From Cetorhinus maximus (Eukaryota): DNA of 64,000 bases. The DNA lies in assembly GCF_964194155.1 (NCBI RefSeq), contig NC_135901.1, forward strand, positions 8,618,001 through 8,682,000. The letters run 5' to 3'. This document shows, piece after piece, positions 1 through 12,839 of the stretch. Position 1 is the stretch's first letter. Each line of letters begins with the position of its first letter. The translations under genes and the position numbers were made by a program. The notes below the pieces were generated by a model. The model was not told the origin of the DNA, made no database searches, and was given only the letters and a program-made list of their open reading frames with translations.

Positions 1-517
1 CATTTTTGTTTTTATTTCAGATTTCCAGCATCCACAGTATTTTACGTTTATTTTACAGTTTAAATCACTGCCACTTCTCTTCCAGGAATGCCTACCTTGA
101 GGAAGTATTGCTCTTCTCTCTGAAGTGGATTTCTGTTTGTCTCTTTCACCATGTTCACCTTCATTGCTTTCCATTTACCCCCTGGGATTTGGTAAGGTGT
201 TTCCTAAAACTCGCTTTCACAGCCATATTTCCTTCCTCAGCGATTGTCTCCATGTCCGACTTACCCCATGTGGATTCCAACTGAAGTTCCATCCCTCGTG
301 TTTTGAATCCACCCAGGATTACAGGTATCTCCAGGACATACAATGTTCCTCGGAGATCTGTTCTCACTCAGTGCCATGTGCCACCATATGTACACACTCG
401 ACCCCTCTCTCCAGCAGCACCGAATCACACTATCTCAAAGCCATCCTTGTCCCCAGATTCACTTTATTCTTTGTCACATCAGACACCTTAACAATAAACT
501 TTTTCTCTTTCCTTCAG

Positions 518-603
518 GTGTTAAACTGCTGCTGCTGCTCCACTCTCTCTGAATGAAGATTTAGCTTCACACACACCAAATGTTCCTCCTGTGCCCAACA
601 TCT
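518..603 (+). other. Candidate 5' non-coding exon of ZNF-A
   Basis: Polypyrimidine tract plus ccttcag (511-517) and donor gtgagt (604-609); second acceptor ttgcag at 671-676. Confidence 0.4.
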
Positions 604-1649
604 GTGAGTAAAACATTTTGTTTTCTTTCCCATTGCATTTCTTTTCTAATTCTGGGTTTAAATTGTTGACTTGCAGGAACTGAAGGGAAAGGAGGTGAAT
701 CCAGGGAGGACACTGACTCTGGAAAGGTTGGCCCAGGTCTCTCTCTCTCTCTTAAAGACACTGACATCCTTTGCTCTGTCAGCTTGACATATTTATTATA
801 TGGCTAAAAGAATGGCTCCTTTCCTCATGCTCACAATTAAAGGGGTGGCTTTCCCAGGAGATGGCTGACATTTAAGGGACAGGAAATTAATATAGGACGT
901 AGATATGACTTGTGTTAAATAGTAGACATTTTATATAAATTATTGATGGTACTGTAATATAGCACATTTATTATTATTTCTATTTTTAAAAAATATAGTA
1001 CTGATTAACACACATTTTTAGTCAGTTATATGTACATAGACTAGCATAAACATTTTCAGGTCCCTGTCTCCAGGACATGAAGCCCTGACCATTGATCTCA
1101 GCATGAATCGCTTCTTCAGGAGCATTGGGAAGCCGAATATTAAGTACGGCAAAGTGGGAATGGAGAGTAGGTGTCTGGGATGACTTTTGAATGGGAGAAG
1201 AATGAATGTTTCATAGAAACGAGAATTGCCTGTTCTGAGTTTCTATCCTGTACTGACAGTGATGACTTTTGTAAACTCCTTTTGCAGGATATTAGAAGGA
1301 GAGGATTTGCAGACAGAAATCTCAAATCAAACGTCACATGAAGATCTGACAAAGTCACTTAGTTTATGAGGACCAGAATATCATTGGCCTTTGAATCTAG
1401 AAGGAGAAATGTTTGTCTGTATTGTCTGCTTCAAAAGGTTTTAAACATCAGTGTGACTGGTAAAACATCAAGACACACAGAGCCGAGCCAGAGGTCCTGG
1501 AGCACTGACTGTGGAAAGAACTTTTACTGGTTACCCAGTTGAAAAAACATCTCACAATTCACAGTGAGGAGAGGCTGCACATGTGGCCTGTGTCCAGACG
1601 AGGCTTCAACTGATCGTCGAGCCTGGAGAGGCACAAGGACACCTGCATC

Positions 1650-2660
1650 ATGGAGAAACCATGGAAATGTGGGGACTGTGGGAAGGGACTCAGATCCCCA
1701 TCAGAGCTGGAGATTCATCGACGTAGTCACACCGGGGAGAGACCGTTCACCTGCTCTGAGTGTGGGAAGGGATTCATTGATTCATCTGCACTGCGGAAGC
1801 ATGAGCGAGTTCACAATGGGGAGAGACCGTTCACCTGCTCTGACTGTGGGAAGGGATTCACTAAGTCATCCAACCTGCAGTCACACCAGCGAGTTCACAC
1901 TGGGGAGAAACCATTCTCCTGCTCCAAGTGTGGGAAGAGATTCACTCATTCATCCAACTTGCTAACACACCAACGAGTTCACACTGGGGAGAGGCCATTC
2001 ACCTGCTCTGAGTGTGGGAAGAGATTTATTAACTCATCCCACCTCGTGGCACATGAGCGAATTCACACCGGAGAGAGACCGTTCGCCTGCTCTGAGTGTG
2101 GGAAGGGATTCGGATCCCCATCTAAGCTGGAGATTCACCGACGCAGTCACACCGGAGAGAGGCCGTTCACCTGTTCCACATGTGGGAAGGGATTCACTCA
2201 GTCGTCCCACCTCCTGTCACACCAGCAAATACACACAGGGGAGAGGCCGTTCACCTGCTCTGAGTGTGGGAAGGGCTTCATTGATTCATCCGCACTGCGG
2301 AAGCACAAGCAAGTTCACACTGGGGAGAGACCATTCACCTGCTCTGAGTGTGGGAAGAGATTCAGTCATTCATTCAACTTAGTGACACACCAGCGAGTTC
2401 ACACTGGGGAGAGACCATTCACCTGCTCTGAATGTGGGAAGGGATTTGCTCATTCATCCACCTTGTGGGCTCACCAGCGAGTTCACACTGGGGAGAGACC
2501 TTTCACCTGCTCTGAATGTGGGAAACAATTCAGTGATTCATCCACCCTGCGGAAACACCAGCGAGTTCACAGCAGGGAGAGGCCATTCACCTGCTCTGAC
2601 TTTGGGAAGGGATTCACTCATTCTTCAAACCTGCTGACACACCAGCAAGTTCATGAGTGA
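1650..2660 (+). CDS. Tandem C2H2 zinc-finger protein (ZNF-A), 12 finger units (last lacks 2nd Cys), no KRAB seen
   Basis: 336-aa ORF of 28-aa CxxC-x12-HxxxH repeats with TGERPF linkers; acceptor tttgcag ends at 1287; decayed fingers 1400-1650. Confidence 0.9.
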   Translation: MEKPWKCGDCGKGLRSPSELEIHRRSHTGERPFTCSECGKGFIDSSALRKHERVHNGERPFTCSDCGKGFTKSSNLQSHQRVHTGEKPFSCSKCGKRFTHSSNLLTHQRVHTGERPFTCSECGKRFINSSHLVAHERIHTGERPFACSECGKGFGSPSKLEIHRRSHTGERPFTCSTCGKGFTQSSHLLSHQQIHTGERPFTCSECGKGFIDSSALRKHKQVHTGERPFTCSECGKRFSHSFNLVTHQRVHTGERPFTCSECGKGFAHSSTLWAHQRVHTGERPFTCSECGKQFSDSSTLRKHQRVHSRERPFTCSDFGKGFTHSSNLLTHQQVHE

Positions 2661-2786
2661 TTACAGAAATTGGATTCTGCTGTTATTGCTGCTGTTAATC
2701 ACATCCAGGATTGAACCATGTTCATTCTCACAGTTAGTGAAGTGGGAGGGTCGGAGGGTTTCATTCTGCTGGACTGGCCGGTCACC

Positions 2787-3869
2787 ATAAGACCACAAGA
2801 TGTAGGAGCAGAAATAGTCCATTCGGCCCATTGAGTCTGCTGCTCTATTCTATGAGATCACGGCTGATCTGATAATCCTCAACTCCAATTTCCTGCCTTT
2901 TCCCCATAACCCTTGATTCCCTTACTGATCTTAAAATCTGTCTATCTCAGCTTTGAATATACTTAACGACCCAACCTCTACAGCCCCCTGCGGTAAAGAA
3001 TTCCGCAGATTCGCTATCCTCTGAGAGAAGAAATTCCTCCTCATCTCCATCTTAAATGGGCGACCCCTTACTCTGAGATTATGCCCTCTGGTCCTACACT
3101 CTCCCATAAGGGGAAAAAAACCTCTCAGCATCTACCCTGTCAAGCCCCCTAAGAATCTTATAGGTTTCAATAAGGCCACCGCTTATTCTTGAGTGAGTAC
3201 AGGCCCAACTTACTCAAACTCTCCTCATAAGAAAATCCCTCCATACCCGGGATTAACCTCGTGAACTTCTCTGAACTGCCTCCAATGCCCCTTAGATAGA
3301 TGGACCAAAACTGTCCACAATATTCCAAACGTGATCCAACAAGTGCCTTGTATAGTTTTAGCAAGACTTCCCTATTTTTATATTCCATTCCCTTTGAAAT
3401 AAAGGCCAACGTTCCATTTGCCTTGCCTATTACCTGCTGAACTTGTATGCTAGCTTTTAGTGATTCATGCACGAGAACCCCCAAATCCCTCTGTGCTGCA
3501 GCTTTCTGCAGTCTTTCTCCATTTAAATAATATTCAGCTCCTCTATTCTTCCTGCCAAAGGAATAACCTCATGTTTTCCCACATTATATTCCATCTGCCA
3601 AGTTTTTGCCCACTCACTTTACCTGTCAAATCCCTCTGTAGACTCTTTGTGTCATCCTCACCACTTGCCTTTCCACCTATTTTTGTGTCATCCACAAACT
3701 TGGTGATAGTACATTCACTTCCTTCATCCAAGTCATTAAAATATATTGTAAATGATTGTGGCCCCAGCACTGATCCCTGTGGCACTCCACTAGTTGCAGT
3801 TTGCCAACCTGAAAATGCCCCATTATCCCAACTCTTTGTCTTTTATTAGTTAGCCAATCTTCTATCCAT
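2787..3869 (-). mobile_element. CR1 LINE 3' fragment (RT C-terminus and 3' tail)
   Basis: PQGSVLGP, KFVDDTK, LLKLYKALV..LEYC and RTRGHNLR peptides; absent from the paralogous flank near 12840. Confidence 0.9.
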
Positions 3870-4059
3870 GTCTCACAGCTTTGCCTCCACTGGGCTGATG
3901 CTCTTTGAGCCTGGGAGTGCACATTTCCACTGAAAAGATCCACAAAAGCTGATGAAGTACATTTGTTTTATCTTGGATTGTAAGTCGTGTTTTTCCTACC
4001 ACCACAGGTAGATCTCAAATAAATATATTTGTCTCTGTTCCATTGAGTCTACAGCACAG

Positions 4060-4920
4060 GGCCAGGCCAGTCAGCTCAATTCGCCTTTGTCAGTATTTAT
4101 GTTCCACATGAGCCTCCACCCACTCCATTTCATCTCCCCCATCAGCAGATTCTTCTAGTCCTTTCTCCCTCATGTATGTACCTAGCTTCCCTTAAATGTA
4201 TTCGTGCGATTCACCTCAACCACTCGCTGTAGTAGTGAGTTCCACATTCTCATCATTCGCTGGGCAAAGATGTTTCTCATGAAATCCTTATTGGATCATT
4301 GAACCCCTTCATAATCTTAAAGACTTCCATCAGGTCACCCTTCAGTCTTCTCTAGAAGTGAGAAAAATGCCCCAGCCTTTCCTGAGGGTTAAATGCTCTC
4401 AGTTCTGGTATTATTCTTGTGAATCTTTGTTGCCCTTTCTCCAGTGCCTGTATTTCCCTTTTCTAAATAGAGACCACAAATATTGACAATCTTCCCAGTG
4501 TAGTCTAACCATGGTTCTGAACAAGTTGAACATAACCTCCCTGCTTTTCAACTCTATCCCTCTGGAGAGGGACCAATATGGGCCCCATATTGAAGAAAAG
4601 ACATCAAGTTCTTTAAGAGGCTGGAGAGAGGATTTAAGAGAATAACACCAGGGATGAGGGACTTCAGTTAGTTGGAAAACTGCAGCAGCTGAAGTTTCTT
4701 TCGATCATAGGGTCATTAGGGTAGGGAAGATGGCCATTTGACCCATCAAGTCCACACTGACTCTCTGTAGAGCAAACAAGTCAGTCTCATTACCCTGTTC
4801 TCTCCCTGTATCCCTGTAGTTTTATTTTCCTCAAGTGCCCATCCAATTTCCTTTCAAAATCATTCCAACACCTCTGCTTCTACCACCCTCACAGGAAGTG
4901 GGTTCAAGGTCATTACCACT
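4060..4920. mobile_element. Old CR1 3' fragments
   Basis: Degenerate CR1 tail motifs (gagttccacattctc, caggtcaccc). Confidence 0.6.
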
Positions 4921-6671
4921 CGCTTTAAATGTACACAAGACTCCTAGAGCGCAGAATGAGGCCATTCATCCCATCATGCTCAAGCCAGCTATCTAATTAA
5001 TCGCATAGCCCTGCAATTTTCTTTTCATTTCAAGAATCTGTCCAATTCCTTTTTGAAAGATAGAATCAAATCTGTTTCTTACACAGTTTTCAGGCATGTC
5101 ATTCCAAATCACAACAACTCACTGTGTTTTAAAACAAATAATTCAGGATTTAGTGTGTTTGGTGTCAGAGACATGGTTGGAACCAAAGTTAAGGCTCAAT
5201 CTTTATTAATGATTTTTGTTGTTGGGACTGAGTGTAATATATCCAAATTTGTGGATAATTAGAAAAAAAAATGCATTTTTATACCACAGGATGTCCTGAT
5301 GCATCTTACAGCCAACGAAGTACTTCTGAAGTTTAATTGCTGTTATCGGAAACTTCAGGTAGCCCTGGGTAATCAAATTCAGGTTTAAAAATCAATCACT
5401 TTCATTTTGTATTCACTGTTATAGCCAACAAGGTCAAGGAAGACATTTTATCCTCTTACATGTGGCACCTTTCTGCCTTTTCACATTCTGTAACTTTTCT
5501 TTATTGAATATAGATTGAGTTTGTATTAAAATCTAGTCATGAAACATAATTATTCAGTAATGACCTTGGTTAATGAATCAGTAATAGATAATTATATTGA
5601 AAAGGTCAGATCTTTATTTTAAAAATTAACACTGGATAATCCAAAAAGAAACTGCAGAGCTAGCAGAAATTGTTTAAACAAAGAAATTCTTTTCTAATTT
5701 TGATAAGCTACAGGACATCATATCCTGCCAAAGTACAGCTCAAGGATAAGGCTCATTGTTCAATCTGATCAAGATTAGTAAGAAGCAAAGCTATTGTCTT
5801 CCACAAACTCTTTTTGAACCAGACTATCTTGTATTAACAAAATATAATAATTAAAGGTTACTGTATTAATTAACTACTAGTCAACAACGGATGATTGAAT
5901 AAGTAATGAGCCTTGAGTTACAATTAATAATGAATAATGAATCAGTAGTTATAACAAAAAGGTGAGTTTTATTTGCTGTAAAGATGAAAAACCTTAATTG
6001 CTGTGTGTATGTGAAGAATGTGTATGTGAAGATAAATGTAGCGGCAAGAGAGATCTTCAAAATCTGCTTAGCCTCAAAATTGAACTTTATGAATAAGGGA
6101 TTATATAGAATCAGATGAAAGGACAGTATGAAACAGTTCTATTGTTCTCCTGTCTGAGATAATGAGTTAAGGTGATGTAAGTAATTGGGAATCCAGTTAA
6201 ATTAATCTAGTAACCAGAGTGACCAATTGTCATGCTACGACAGGCCCCACTCTGACTTGAGTTAATGGTCACTTTGGGGATAAAAGTAGAGATTCCAACG
6301 GTCTTCCTTGCTATCCACGTACTGAAGATTCCCAAGGCCGAGATCCAAGGAAATTACTGACAAAGAAGGAACCAGATCCCGAGGCCGAAATCCACAAGAA
6401 TTACTGTCGAAGAAGGAGCCTGGGAGGGTCACGCTTCTATGGGCTGATCACACATATGAAGTTGTAAAAGTCAATTTCTTAATGTTTTTAAGGAAACACT
6501 TTTCTTTCAGTAAACGTTTTACACTAACTACCCAGAGAATTCTGCCTTTGCCTTAATTGGTGAAAGTCTTGTCCGAAGGAAAGCAAATTTATTAAATGGC
6601 AAGTTGGAGTTGGCTGAAATCAATTAACTTACAGACCACAAGATCAGATAATAGAAATTTCAAATTTAAAT

Positions 6672-7127
6672 CTTGCATTTATATAGCATCTTTTATGGCC
6701 ACAATACATCCCAAAGCCCTATACAGCCAATGAAGTACTTTTGGAATGCAATCACTGTTATAATGTAGGAAACTCAGCAGCCAATCAGCAGCAGCAAGAT
6801 CCCGCAAAGAACAATGCTATAATGACCAGATGATCTGTTTTTAGTGATGTTGATTGATAAATATTGGCCATGATACCGGGGTTAACTCCCCTGCACTTCT
6901 TCGAAATAGTGGCCATGGGAACTTCTCAGTGTGCCCAAGGCAGCAGACTGGCACTTGCATTAACATCTCATCCAAAAGACTGCAGCTCCAACAGTGCAGC
7001 ACTCCCTCAGTACTGGCACTTGGAATGTTGCACATGAGTTTGCCCTCAGGCTCCTGGACTGGCACTTTTCCAAAACGACTTTCTGACTCAGAGGTGAGAG
7101 TGCGATCCACTGAGCCACGGCTGACAC
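6672..7127 (-). mobile_element. DeuSINE (SacSINE1-like)
   Basis: tRNA-like head near 7127, Deu-type core (aatattggcc..ggggttaactcccctgc..cgaaatagtggccatggga) and gcatttatatagc tail. Confidence 0.7.
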
Positions 7128-7587
7128 GATAGACAATACAAAGTTAGAAAGGGAAACATACCCTTTGCCTCCAGTGCCTAAATCTAAACCTTAAAAAACC
7201 CCATATTAAAAACAAGTATTTGACAGACAAATATTCAAATTTTGGTTTAGAAACACAAGTTTCGACTTCCCATTTGAGCCTCCAGCACTTTTCTGTCTCT
7301 ATTGCTTGTGTCAATGAGCCGAGAGCTGAATTTAGCTGAGAATAATGGGGCCTGTGCCCCAGTTGGGAAACTGCCATGAGTGTCAAACTAAAAGAGACAG
7401 GAAGGTTCTGGTGGACTAATATGGAAATTGGTCTCCAACCAATTGGGGAGGGAGGGGGTGAGTGGGGCTGATGGTGACGCGACCCTGAGGTTCAGTTTCC
7501 TCTTGTCCAAAGTGGGGAGTCATGGGAACAGGGTACAGACGAGATAAAGAGAAACCATTTGGGTCCTGAACATTTTACATATTGTTG

Positions 7588-9010
7588 AAAAAAGAGACAT
7601 GTTTAAGCTTTTCATCTTGCAATCATCAGGATACTTGCAAGAATACCAATGTAAGGAGGAAAACAACAATTTATACTATATGTGAGGAGAGTGCTGATTG
7701 GTAGGCAAGTGACGTTGCCATTCAGAATGTACCATTATTGGTGACTGACAGGTAACTGCCACATATTGTTTGAAATTTAAACCAGGCATCTTGACCCTGA
7801 TTGGTCAGGGCATTGCCCTGAGGAATGAGTCAGTGAATGGCTGTCACTTATTTTGTTTAGCTGAAACAGATACAATGTGTGTACATGTTCTTTCTGTCTG
7901 CAATGAACAGGACCCTGTATTAATAGATGTAGCTTCCAGTACATGCATATGCACTACATTGCAACCTGGAATTACAACCTTAAATTGGTTGTCAGCGTAA
8001 TTCTTAGCACATTGAGGGTTATTTATTAAGTGATAGGGGGAGGCAAAGAAGAGGTTACCAAAGATGTCATAGACAAAAGGACAAAGGGGTGTTGACGGTG
8101 GTGATATTAGCTAAGGAATGTTCTAATGGTGACATTAAGGGTAGAAAGCAGGACGAGCGAGGTACAGATAGCCCTAATGGGGTTGGGGTGGGGTGAAGGG
8201 CATCTCATGAATGGGCCTAAGGCCATCACTTTCAGCCCTGAAAAGTGCCCAGTCTACCTCAGGTTATCTTGGAAGGGCAAGGTATCTCAAAAATTTGAGC
8301 AACAGGTCAAACAGCTGTTTCACGCTGCTACTATGCAGTAGCAATATAAGTGGTATTCACCACTAACAGGATGCTGCTGTCAAACCAAAAAAACATTCTA
8401 TCACACAAATGAATAATGTAGTATGTGAATTTCAGTGCCAGTGTGACGCTAGGTATGTAGACTGTACATCCCAAAGACTGGTGGATCATATCAAACAGCA
8501 TGTCCCAGCTGCTGTTCACAATGGGCACGGTACAGACTGTACCCAACCAGCCCGTGCCTGCAAACCTCAAAACAACAGTGTCCCACATTCGACGTGATTC
8601 TGCAATTGGACAACATTGGCTAAATAATCCTCAATGTGCTAAGAATTACGCTGGCAACCAATTTAAGATTGTCAGTTGAGCTTGCAATTTAGTGTATTAG
8701 GATGTACTGGAAGCTACATATTAATGCATAGGGCCCTGTTCTTTGACAGCCATTCACTGACTCATTCCTCAGGGCAATGCCTTGACCAATCGTGGTCAAG
8801 CTGCCTGGTTTAAATTTCAAACAATGCTTGGCAGTTAACTGTCAGTCACCATCAGTGGTGCATTCTCCATGGCAACGCCACTTGCCAACCAATCAGCACT
8901 CACTTCACATACAGTATAAACTGTTGTTTTCTCCTTTATGTTGATGTTCTTGCGAGTGTCCCTGATGAGTGCAAGGTGAAAATCTTAGTCATGTCTCTTT
9001 GTTCAGCAAT
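7588..9010 (+). mobile_element. Penelope-like element: GIY-YIG endonuclease remnant with inverted pseudo-LTR copy
   Basis: NNVVCEFQCQCDARYV..TSQRL..IKQH at 8409-8597; 7588-8015 is an inverted copy of 8630-9010; 8028-8195 is a piece of a second Penelope family. Confidence 0.8.
8957..8992 (+). ncRNA. Degenerate minimal type I hammerhead ribozyme motif in Penelope pseudo-LTR
   Basis: tgtcc-CTGATGA-gtgcaaggt-GAAA-atctta; inverted copy near 7600-7635 keeps palindromic AAGCTT. Confidence 0.5.
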
Positions 9011-10601
9011 ATTCAAGTCCTATCTTACCAAATGACTATTTTGCATATCCTTTTACTCTGGCTACCCTTGGTCCTCAAGAAATGTTCTTTTTTTAACCAT
9101 ATTTTCTTTCATTAATAGACTTTAAACAATAAAAATATTTGATTTTGCTGAACTTTTCATGAATACATTTAAGAACTTTAGGGAAAGCAGATGAGAGTGT
9201 TTATTAGACTCTTTAACAGAAAGTGAATCCCTCTTAGGTAATTGGCAAAGTAGCCTTAGGGGGGAAGATGAGATTTTGTTATTGACACAGTAATGTTAGA
9301 AAATGGAGTTCAGGGAATCAAATAATCCTTTATTCCCTTTTCCCAAACTCTGAAATGATTCGCAGTGATAACCCTTATTGGTGACAGAGGTTAGATTTTA
9401 TTCAGTATAAATGAGACCTGACACTTACTCATGCCTGAGCAGCAGTATCAAAGTGCAGCAGCATTACCATTGCACTCTGGGTAGAAGCACCATCTCCATG
9501 TAAATGCTCCCTGGTTGCCCCAGACGCTATGGCACCAGTCAATGTAATGTATAAAACCTCTGCAAATCTCTGTGCTTGGGGAATCCCTTCTTATACTTTT
9601 ATACATTACAAAGTCCATGGAGACTGATTTCACCCAATCATTGCCTACCAAACATTTGAATGGACCAATTACAAAACCTGTCATTGAACCATCTGTACCC
9701 ATCCAAGCCATGTCAAACTCTCAAACAACTGGGCCCCCACACTCCATCCCTGGTACAGAGAGTCAGCATTTCCAGGCCAAGCAGTGAAAACATGGTGGAT
9801 TTGACACCCAGACGTCATCTATAATTAATGGTACTCTTCTTTTCTCTGTCCTCCGGGAGCTGATTATCTCCCTGTTCCCACATAGAAAGTCATCTGTTCT
9901 TAGTTCTGCTAGATTTCTGCTGAGGTTTGACCCCTTTTACACCTTTTGGATCAATAAAGCATTGGTCAATGAAGACCCAAATCACAATTTCCTATCCTGT
10001 CACCTGGCAATCAGCCTTTCACAGAGCATAATCACAACAGGAATAAAACCAGAAGTGTAACAATAAAATTAAAAATAAATGTACCGCCAGTTATAGAATT
10101 TAATTTAATGTTCACTAATTAGCAAGAAAACCCAAAGTAAGGGTCTCCCAGGATTCCTACACCTTGAGAGGAGAAGAACTCTCTGTCTCCGACCCCTCAT
10201 TCAATTTCACTCTGTTATTTTCCAGTTCTGTTCTGACCCTGACCGGGGTAACATCTACTCAATCTTTTCCTCTTCTGAGGGAACACTATGAGTTCTTAGT
10301 TACTAATACATAAGGATGTACACTTCAAGCAACAGATCATGCATGGATGCACAGGGTTCTCCAGCTCTCTCTTTACCCCCATCCAACTTGAGGACAGTTC
10401 TTACTGAGTATTATTTTTCCCAAGCCCTTAATTATGCAATCCAAATTTTTATCCCTTTTACTTTAATTTTACTCCTTTTGACCATGACCAGTGTTTAATT
10501 CTATCCTGGTTGTTTTAAAGTTAGTTTCTCTATGGAGTATGTGTCAATGCCTTGATAGTGTCAAAATGTTGTCTCATTCCCCTGGCCACATGAATCATTT
10601 C

Positions 10602-10972
10602 ATGTCATGCTATTTGTCAAGTAGCTGCATATGTCTGGGACCCAGTCTTCAGTGGAAGTTCATCATGCATTTCCCAATGCTAGTTGAAACACATGTAAGA
10701 AATGATATCTGCACACTCACACCAGTATCCCAAGCTGATGCTACACATTCTTGACATTCAGGTCATCTTATCAAAAGGTCCAAGGGAGTGTCATGGTGTT
10801 TGTCAAGTGGCTGTGCTTGTTTGAGGCCCATTCTTCAGAAGCATTTCGCCATGAATTTATGTGTTGGTTGCTTCACATGTAACAAATTACATCTGCACAC
10901 TCACATGGGTATTCCAATATCATGCCACATATTATTAACTTCCAAGTGCTCTTATTAAAAGATCAGAGTGGG
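10602..10972. repeat. Two diverged tandem ~187 bp units
   Basis: tgtcatg..tttgtcaagt..cacatgtaa..atctgcacactcaca recurs at 10602 and 10789. Confidence 0.7.
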
Positions 10973-11314
10973 TGTCAATCTTGACATATTTGCCTATCTC
11001 CCCCAGTAAGGTCCTGATGTTTCATGTAGTGACGATGTGGTGTTCTTTAATTTAAAAAATCATAGGCAAAGGATGCAAATATCTCTGAGAAATCTGTCAA
11101 CTTATTCACCTCATCCACACTTTCCTGACTTTCACTAGAATGTAGGTGGATACCAGATTGATATATTCCATTCAACAACACCCAAGGTGAGTTATTCCAA
11201 TTCCTTTAGTGTCCAGAACAATATGTTCATCATATCTTTAAAGCAGCAATCAAGCATTCCTATTTGATTTCAGGCATTAACGTATTCTGTTTGCTTGTTC
11301 TTTATTTTAGATAT

Positions 11315-12680
11315 CAGGCTGATGTTGTTCTCCTTGGAGTAAAGGAGCCTGATGGGAGATTTCATAGAGGTGCACACAATTTTAGATAATGTGGACAAAG
11401 AAAAGCTGTTCCCATTCGCTGAATGTACAAGGATGAGGGGACACAGATTTAAGGCTTTGGGTAAGAGATGCAGGGGAATGTGAGAAAGAACATTTTCATG
11501 CAGCTCACTGCCTAAGAGGAGCAGGGATGAGGAATGATTTCGAAAGGAATTGGAAGGACACTCGAGGGGAATAAACTTTCAGAGCTACAGGGATAGAACC
11601 AGCCTCCACCACCAATGCATAGTGGCAGATGCACTGCAGCAACTCACAAAGGCCCCTTCAACAGCACCTTCCAAACCTCTGACCCCGACCATCTAGAAGG
11701 CCAAGGGCAGAACAACATGGGAACACCACCACCTACAAGATCCCCTCAAGCCACAAACCATCCTGACTTGGAAATATATCGCTGTTCCTTCACTGTCGCT
11801 GGGACAAAATCCTGGAACTCCCTCCCAAACAGCACTGTGGGTGTACCTATGCCACAGGGACTGCAGTGGTTCATGAAGGCGGCTCACCACCACCTTCTCA
11901 AGGGCACCTAGGAATGGGCAATAAATGCTCACCCAGCCAGCAATATCCAGATCCTGTGAAGGAATAAAAACTAAGAATAGACTTTTTTGCTCTACTGAGC
12001 CCTGGCATGGACTCATGGGTTAAACAGCCTCCTCCTCTGCCCTAATAACTCAATGACCTAAAGAAAATAATTTCAATGAACTGAAGTCCCTCTTGTCAAT
12101 CCCTGCTGCAACCTTGCTAAGAACGTCACATCTTTCCTACCGTGTGGGGCCCATATATAGGGTTCCTTTCTAGAGAATTGAAAAGCAGGGAGGTTATTCC
12201 CCACTTGTTTAGAACCATGGTTAGACTACACCGGGAGGACTGTCAATATTAATGATCTCCATTTAGGCAAAGAAAGCAGAAGCACCGGAGAAGGTGCAAC
12301 AAAGATTCACAAGAACTGAGAGCATTTAACCCTCAGGAAAGGCTGAAACGCTTTTCTCTAGGGAAGAGAAGACCATAAGGTGACCTGATGGAAGTCTTTA
12401 AGATTTTGAAGGTATTCAATAACCCAACAGGGATTTCATGACAAACATCTTTACTCAGCGAGTGGTGAGAGTGTGGAACTCGCTACCACAGCGAGTGGTT
12501 GAGGTGAACAGCATGAATACATTTAAAGGGAAGCGACATAGATACATGAGGGAGAAAGAAATAGAAGGATATGCTGATGGGGGAGATGAAGTGGGGTGGG
12601 TGGAGGATCATGTGGAATATAAATACTGACACAGACTAATTGAGCCAACTGGCCTGGCCCTGAACTGTAGACTCAATGGA
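11315..12680 (+). mobile_element. CR1 3' fragments plus a LINE/SINE tail at 11600-11970
   Basis: FTQRVVRVWNSLP peptide; gggcaataaatgct tail shared with the SINE copies. Confidence 0.7.
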
Positions 12681-12839
12681 ACAAAGACAAATATATTTAT
12701 TTTAGATCTATCTCTAGTGGTAGGCAAACACTATTCACTATTCAGGATAAAATATATGTACTTCATCAGCTTTTGTGGATCATTTCTGTGGAAATGTGTA
12801 CTTCCAGGCTCAAACAGCATCAGCCCACTGAAAACAAAA

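Noticed and set aside
6-556. Overlapping ORFs at the window start
   Set aside because: No recognisable domain; begins with a Penelope-type tail and looks like decayed repeat
1564-2637. Alternative-frame ORFs over ZNF genes (VGRDS and WEGIH repeats; also at 22.7-23.6, 34.5-35.5, 44.8-45.4, 50.0-50.9 kb)
   Set aside because: Shadow frames of the 84-bp finger repeat
9700-9840. Faint retroviral protease-like LIID motif on the minus strand
   Set aside because: Requires frameshifts; too weak to call
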